From contig OX337240.1 of NCBI GenBank assembly GCA_946965045.2, positions 1,116,001-1,180,000 on the forward strand: a DNA stretch of 64,000 bases, in the 5' to 3' direction. Position 1 is the stretch's first letter, and each line of letters begins with the position of its first letter. A program made the position numbers and the translations under genes. Source of the stretch: Epithemia pelagica. Taxonomy: Eukaryota; Protista; Bacillariophyta. The notes under the pieces were generated by a model. That model saw nothing but the letters and a program-made list of their open reading frames with translations. It had not been told where the DNA came from and ran no database searches. Positions 57,633 through 64,000 of this stretch are shown here, piece by piece.

Positions 57633-59068
57633 TACCCCCTAGCGGGGGTGAGTCATGAGGATTAGTGACCGGAATTTGATGAGCATTCTCTTACTCACCC
57701 CCAAGGCGCGACCTCTGCGCTCTCGACTTTGACACAAACCTCCCAACCACCACCTGCACTCATCACGGCAATGGAGGTGCCAAACCATGTTTGACATCCC
57801 TACAATGTCTTCTTCATCGCACAAACGCCTTCGCAGTTCCCTGGAAGACATAAGGAAGGCCTATGCTTCTCGGGGCACAGTGGATCACCATGCCTCCGAA
57901 GCAAAACAAGAATCAAGCGTCTCTATCGCCGAAATGGAATGGCTCCCTTCATTAAGAATGAATGTCTCTGATGGCCAACCTGATGCAGTCCAGCCTACCC
58001 CGGTCCCTCCTTTCATCACCCCTTTCGCGAAGCATGGCCCTTTATCAGTCGGATGCAAGTCTCTTTTTGTCAATAACAACTGACGGCCTTGCAAGGTGCG
58101 GCTGTAGCATAAGGGCATGTCTCTGCTTGCAGTCATATTCTTTTATTTTCTATACCAAACACAGAAAAGCTGTAGGGGCATTCTTAGTATTAACTTCGGT
58201 ATGCTGTGATGAATGAAAAAGTGCAACGGGAGCCCTGATCTTTGCACGACTGTTTTGTCGGTAGAACCTCTCAAGTTTGTTTTCACCGCGGCATCGCTTT
58301 TAACTGATGCATCATCCTTAATGCTGTCCTCATCGTCTAATGGTGGAGGTTTGTGATGTGGTTCCACCTTTTCCGTGTCTCCATCCTCCGTCACAGACTT
58401 TTTGCTATCATCTTGTTGTTGAACAGTCTTGGACTCTGTCTGTTCCGTGGAATCGGAACCAGTGGTTTCGTTTTGTCCATGGCAGTGTTAGCCTCTGCTT
58501 GTTTAGTTCTGTCCTCTTCTGCTGAAGTCATTTTAGTATCGTCTTTGACTCTTCTTGTTTGTGTAATCTGTTGTAGTCTTTTTCGTTTTGTCTTCAGCAG
58601 TCTTTGCCTCAACCGCCTTTGCTGTGTCTTCAATTGTGGTCTCTATGGTGTCGTCTTCGACAGTCCGTGACTTAACCACCTTTGTCGTGTCTTCAGTCGG
58701 TCTCTTTTTGGTTTCATTTTCGGCGGTCTTTAACTCAACCGCATTTGTTGTGTCTTCAGTCCGTGGTGTTGTTGTGGCTATTGCGGGGGGCTCGTGGAAG
58801 GTGCTCCCATGCAAGCGGCGGGTCTGTAGGTTCCTGTAAGGGATGGGACATAAGTTGGACGTCTTGGAAGGAGGGGCGAAGGTTCGTGGATGATGATATG
58901 ACGACGACCAAGTTTGCTCCGTAGTGGGTGTGTGGTGGGTGTTTGTTGTTTGTGTCAACAATGGGAAATCGCCGATTTTTGAAGGTCGCGCCTTGGGGGT
59001 GAGTTACAGTTTGCACACCAAAAGCACGACACACATGCGACCCGACCACTCACCCCTACTTGGGGGTA
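57633..59068. mobile_element. Non-autonomous TIR element, 1436 bp, 10-bp TSD (Mutator-like by TSD length)
   Basis: TSD GAATGGCACA at 57623-57632 and 59069-59078; 21-bp terminal IRs (18/21 identical); perfect 22-bp inner IR at 57693-57714 / 58983-59004; removal restores the host frame. Confidence 0.85.
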
Positions 59069-59280
59069 GAATGGCACACACTCATAGAGTGTGCTGGTTC
59101 TGATCGGCCACCCTTAAGAACTTTTTTGGCAACAGACATTTAGAAGAAGACCACAACAGACTTGAGCAGGAGTAAACTTTTCTTTTAATCTGGAAGAACA
59201 ATGTGCAGCAAAAAATGTAAGCAAGGAGGTAAGCAAGGAGTTGGAGCAATATACATGACATCCATTCAAACAACAACCCA

Positions 59281-60019
59281 ACTTACCAATGTAGAGTTAT
59301 GCTTGTTCAAAGATGGACACTCCCAAGAGACAAAAAAGTCGTACCACTCCACTCAATCCAGTACAACTTTTTCTGTAGCAATGCGCCAGAATGCGGTCTA
59401 CAACCGTTGTAGCGGGTTAGAGACGGTTCTAATGCACAAGAGTAGACTCCAATCTGACTTACCAATGTAGAGTTATGCTTGTTCAAAGATGGACACTCCC
59501 AAGAGACAAAAAAGTCGTGCCACTCCACTCAATCCAGTACAACTTTTTCTGTAGCAATGCGCCAGAATGCGGTCTACAACCGTTGTAGCGGGTTAGAGAC
59601 GGTTCTAATGCACAAGAGTAGACTCCAATCTGACTTACCAATGTAGAGTTATGCTTGTTCAAAGATGGACACTCCCAAGAGACAAAAAAGTCGTACCACT
59701 CCACTCAATCCAGTACAACTTTTTCTGTAGCAATGCGCCAGAGTGCGGTCTACAACCGTTGTAGCGGGTTAGAGACGGTTCTAATGCACAAGAGTAGACT
59801 CCAATCTGACTTACCAATGTAGAGTTATGCTTGTTCAAAGATGGACACTCCCAAGAGACAAAAAAGTCGTACCACTCCACTCAATCCAGTACAACTTTTT
59901 CTGTAGCAATGCGCCAGAATGCGGTCTACAACCGTTGTAGCGGGTTAGAGACGGTTCTAATGCACAAGAGTAGACTCCAATCTGACTTACCAATGTAGAG
60001 TTATGCTTGTTCAAAGATG
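59281..60019. repeat. 176-bp tandem repeat, about 4.2 copies
   Basis: Units start at 59281, 59457, 59633, 59809 and 59985; two single substitutions seen. Confidence 0.95.
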
Positions 60020-62509
60020 AGGGATGGGTCAATGGTTTTTTGTTGTTGGTTGTGCTTCGTGCAGACTGTGTAGTGTGCTTGTTGTTTTGGAGTGTGTGAG
60101 AGAAGAACTAGCGAGTTGGTCAGTGGTGCTTCAACGGTCAAAATTAGCGAGCATGTCATTCTAGGGAGTTAAATTACAGGTAAAGGGAATTTCTAGCAAG
60201 GAAATCGGAAAAAGAAAATTTTGTTGTCTGTGTCCACTTGGGAACCTATGGAAGTGGCACAGACAAAAAACAGCTAAGCAGTGGACACTGATACCGAGGG
60301 ATATCTGCTAGGTACAAAGTTCCATATAACGTATAGTCCTACTAGGTACGTAGGAGTGGAACTTTGACGTAGGAACCCTCTGCAAAAGTGTATTGGGAAC
60401 GATCCTGTGTGTTCGTGTGTGTTCTGATATGGATTGGGTAAGTGGCAAGGCAGGCGATCTTGGAGCTGGGAAAAGCGTTAAAAAAGACGCACGTGCGATA
60501 ATTTGGCTCGAGGCAGTTTAGCGGATTGGGATATTTTGGGCGCGTATCCTGCGTGATCCACCGTGGGACACCCCCCCCCCCCTTATCCTAGGATAACGCC
60601 TAGTTATCGTCCCGACATTCGTCGCCTTGTTCCATTTTGTGAATAAATGGGTTTTAATGCTGGTCCAAGCTTTCCCATTCTTGTCCCGCTCGAACTCCCT
60701 AGGTCCGACCAGGGAGAGGTAGAGTGCGGTACCCCTATATGGATCCCGCCATACGTGTCGCCACGTTCCATTCCCGGTTCGCGTTCTTGACACTGCGACA
60801 TGAATCTTCCGCCATCTGGCTGTTCCTCTGAATAAATCCCGCCAACAGGTCGCATATTGGCGGATACATGGTCGCATATTGGCGAATATGCATCGCCTAC
60901 ATATGCTGCTACGCATCTAGTTTTCTAGTCATAATTTTGGTCTAGCCACTTGTTGCACGCCGTATACACCGTGTTGTAGCGTGAAGTGGCAAGATTTATA
61001 CAGTTTATCAGACCAAAATGCTGCAGCCGCAGTAGTTTAGTTGGTTTATGTACGCTGTTGGCATGGAAGGTCTGGGGTTCAAATCCCCATGATTTATCGG
61101 ACGACCGGCCGTTGGACCCTGTATCGGGACCCACCTCTCCGATGGTAGATCAAAATGACCAGATAGTGCATCGGCGTCCGACTGTCCCCTAACTATATTC
61201 CAATTCTAACCAGGTCCATGCTGCCTCGGATATTCTAAATGCTAAGGTGCTCCGTGTGCACCATGTGAGAACTCTGTCGAGTTTTGCTCTCTGCCTTTTG
61301 CCCGTACTGGTAGCGGCTGATCACCGCTTGGGAGTGTTCGCGCTAAGCTACTCGTCACGGTATGCTTGCGGCACTACTTATAGTTCACACTCGTGATGTG
61401 TGACCCATGGCACTCTCCCACGTGACGGGGAGCACTCGCTTAAGTGAGCGATTGTTTTGGTAATCTTTTCTCCATACATGAAAATATAGATACCTCCTTT
61501 TGCACTGTGCCGACGCACACGTCCTAAGTATTTGTTCTCTGCCGACTGCAGCGCAAACGCAAGTCGACACTACTTGTGCACCTTAATTCCAGGTAGAATC
61601 GCGAAATCTGCGATCTGCATCACCTTTTGGCAATGCCTCCACACTTCTGTGTTTTTTGCCTGTGTTTTGCTCTGAACCTCTCCTGCTTCTGTCTCTCTTG
61701 CTTTCCTTTTGCCTTCCACCATGTCTTCATCCACTGCCCCTGAAAATCCCAAGGAAGATTTCAAGGCTGCCGTTAAACGCTGTGGATACAATGATGCCAC
61801 CGTTACCTACATCTAAGGAGGGAAATGGGCCCTGGCGCTTGATTTCCACCCCCAAAAGCGAATTTCTAGAAAAAATTCGCCGAATTAAAATTTTTTATGC
61901 GCAGTTTATTTTTATATGCGCAGTTTTTAACTATAATCCTGCTTTCCCAACTAAATCTGCAAATCTAGGTCTAACAATGCACATTTCTCTAGCTAGTTCT
62001 AGAGATCGAGCTGACTATCACGCGCATGCAACAATTTTAATGCGCACAAGCCCGCGATCAAACCACGAATAATGCGCGCCACACTCCGATAATGCGCACT
62101 ACAACTATCTGGCGCGCTCGACCCCCCCGAGACGCGCATGACGCAACCCTCATGCGCAAGCGTCTGTCCCCTCACCTTTGAATCACGAATTTCCACTCCC
62201 ACCACATCACACAGTAGCTGCCAGAAAGACTGACGCACATGGATGTCCCAAAGAATGTCTCAGATGGATCCTCCTTCCCAATCACCCAAACCGCGGGGAT
62301 TACCAACTCGACACTCTGATCCATCGAACAAAACCGAACAACTTAGCATACTAGTCATTCAACAATCAACGACCACAAGAATCGATGCTCATTCATCTCC
62401 CTCCACCTCCACCCAACACACCACGACAAACAACAACAGCAGCAGCAGCAACAACAGCAATCGATCACCCAACGCTATCGAGATTCCCCTGTTCAATCCC
62501 ATTATCTAT

Positions 62510-63430
62510 CCAGCTTCTTTCATCAACCTAACAGCTCTGCCATTCCAATCACGCTACAATTAAAGCGGCTTGGGGCATCTGTCTGATTGTTGCTTGGTTC
62601 CTTTTCAGCCACCTTTTTGTTGCTTGCTTTCTCTCTGCCGAGATTCCCTTTTCAATCCTTTCACCTATCCAACTTCTTTCACCAACCTAACAGCTCTGCC
62701 ATTCCAATCACGCTACAATTAAAGCGGCTTGGGGCATCTGTCTGATTGTTGCTTGGTTCCTTTTCAGCCACCTTTTTTTGCTTGCTTCCTCTTCAGCCAC
62801 CTTCACTCCAAAACCGCTGCACCAGAAGAAGAGGAAGAGGAACTCAAGCACGGCCAGAGCATTCGAGACATTGACACTTGCACTATCTTGCAGCTCTGCC
62901 ATTCCAATCACGCTACAACTAAAGCGGCTTGGGGCATCTGTCTGATTGTTGCTTGCTTCTTTTCAACCACGACCTTCACTCCAAAACCGCTACAACAGGA
63001 AAACAAGAAGAAGAGGAACCCAAGAAGAAGAACGACCACCAGAGCATTCGAAATATTGTCGACATTTGTCCTATCTTTGACACTTGCACTATCTTGCAGC
63101 TCTGCCATTCCAATCACGCTACAACTAAAGCGGCTTGGGGCATCTGTCTGATTGTTGCTTGCTTCTTTTCAACCACGACCTTCACTCCAAAACTGCTACA
63201 ACAGGAAAACAAGAAGAAGAGGAACCCAAGAAGAAGAACGACCACCAGAGCATTCGAAATATTGTCGACATTTTTCCTATCTTTGACACTTGCACTATCT
63301 TGCAGCTCTGCCATTCCAATCACCACGCTACAATTAAAGCGGCTTGGGGCATCTGTCTGATTGTTGCTTGTTTCACTCAGCTCTGTCCTTCATTCCAATC
63401 ACGCTATTACAATTAAAGCGGTTTCGGGCT
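62510..63430. repeat. Degenerate tandem array, about 160-206 bp period with a conserved 65-bp core
   Basis: CAGCTCTGCCATTCCAATCACGCTACAA(T/C)TAAAGCGGCTTGGGGCATCTG core at 62532, 62691, 62891, 63097, 63303; partial at 63378. Confidence 0.85.
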
Positions 63431-63545
63431 ATCTGTTAGATTGTTTATCAAGAACCCTCCTGTCCTCGTGATACTCCGACTTGAATAGAACAGACCCAAA
63501 GCAAGCAGTGTGACACGGTGGTAGCCAGTTGCTTCTGTTCTATTC

Positions 63546-64000
63546 TTGTCGCGAGATTGCTTGGACAACCAACCAACCCCTGGTTTTGGAGTAGCAAATT
63601 CTGGCACCGATTCATCTTCGTCATCTACTTTGCTAACAACAGGGCCTGATCAGGCGATGGAAACTCCTCTACAAGACGATATTCAAAATCAGTTGGCACA
63701 GGAAACACAGACAACAACAGTACACCATAATCAATCATCTTGCCCGACAAGTACGATTGTAACATCCACTACACACAAAGGTTCTGTCGAAAAGGACAAG
63801 AATAAGAAGCAAAAGCCGAAGAAAAAGCCTGAGGTGGTATCGGAGAAGTTCTTTGATACATTTGTTCGGAAGGTGGCATGGCGTTATGTCAAGTATTTCT
63901 CCATGTCCGAAGATACTAAGGCAGATCCGAATGGTCTTTGGGGGAAGTATGGCAAAACATAGTTTACTGAGCACTATTTCAAAGGCAAAGGCATTACGGA
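63546..64000 (+). pseudogene. Unidentified ORF with in-frame TAG at 63960-63962; frame continues to the window edge
   Basis: ...KKKPEVVSEKFFDTFVRKVAWRYVKYF...YGKT*FTEHYFKGKGIT; no family recognised. Confidence 0.3.

Noticed and set aside
57691-59006. Separate Harbinger-like element with TTA TSD and 21-bp TIR
   Set aside because: The inner IR shares the GGGGTGAGT motif with the outer TIR and sits symmetrically, so it is more simply a subterminal part of one element. A nested insertion is not fully excluded.
60500-61800. Possible decayed coding region, a 14-bp palindrome at 60583-60596 and a 22-bp doublet near 60847
   Set aside because: Many stops and no motif I can assign; the short repeats are within chance expectation.
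59281-63430. CRISPR-like reading of the two arrays
   Set aside because: Units are too long, inter-core segments are homologous to each other rather than unique spacers, there are no cas genes, and the context is eukaryotic.

Overview
Eukaryotic nuclear DNA, most likely from a pennate diatom (inferred from CoDi-type Copia elements, short GT-AG introns, a bipartite plastid presequence and Thr/Ser/Gln-rich linkers). 1-21 kb: a coiled-coil Ser/Thr kinase runs off the left edge. Next is a STAND-like AAA ATPase/helical-repeat gene that restores to an open 1130-aa frame once two young Ty1/Copia LTR retrotransposons are removed (3335-9637 +; 11030-20102 -). Element 1 has a 6-bp TSD, a PBS complementary to the D-arm of initiator tRNA-Met, and a TGA-CAA-CCA plus hairpin gag/pol junction. 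Element 2 has identical LTRs with non-canonical AGTC...GACT termini and no recognisable PBS. 22-37 kb: host genes (WDR75/UTP17, GNAT-like, plastid-targeted lamin-tail protein, 2OG-Fe(II) oxygenase, ARMC6-like, TUTase). 37-47 kb: tandem triplication of a 3286-bp block, giving three GAF genes and two truncated TUTase 5' copies. 47-51.5 kb: a sulfotransferase-GT2-GT2 fusion and a DUF3291-like gene with an internal stop. 51.7-64 kb: decaying mobile DNA, comprising a Crypton-type tyrosine recombinase, a SWIM remnant, a TET/JBP-like dioxygenase interrupted by a 1436-bp TIR element with a 10-bp TSD, and two tandem repeat arrays. No rRNA, tRNA or CRISPR was recognised. All family assignments come from motif recognition by eye, not database searches.
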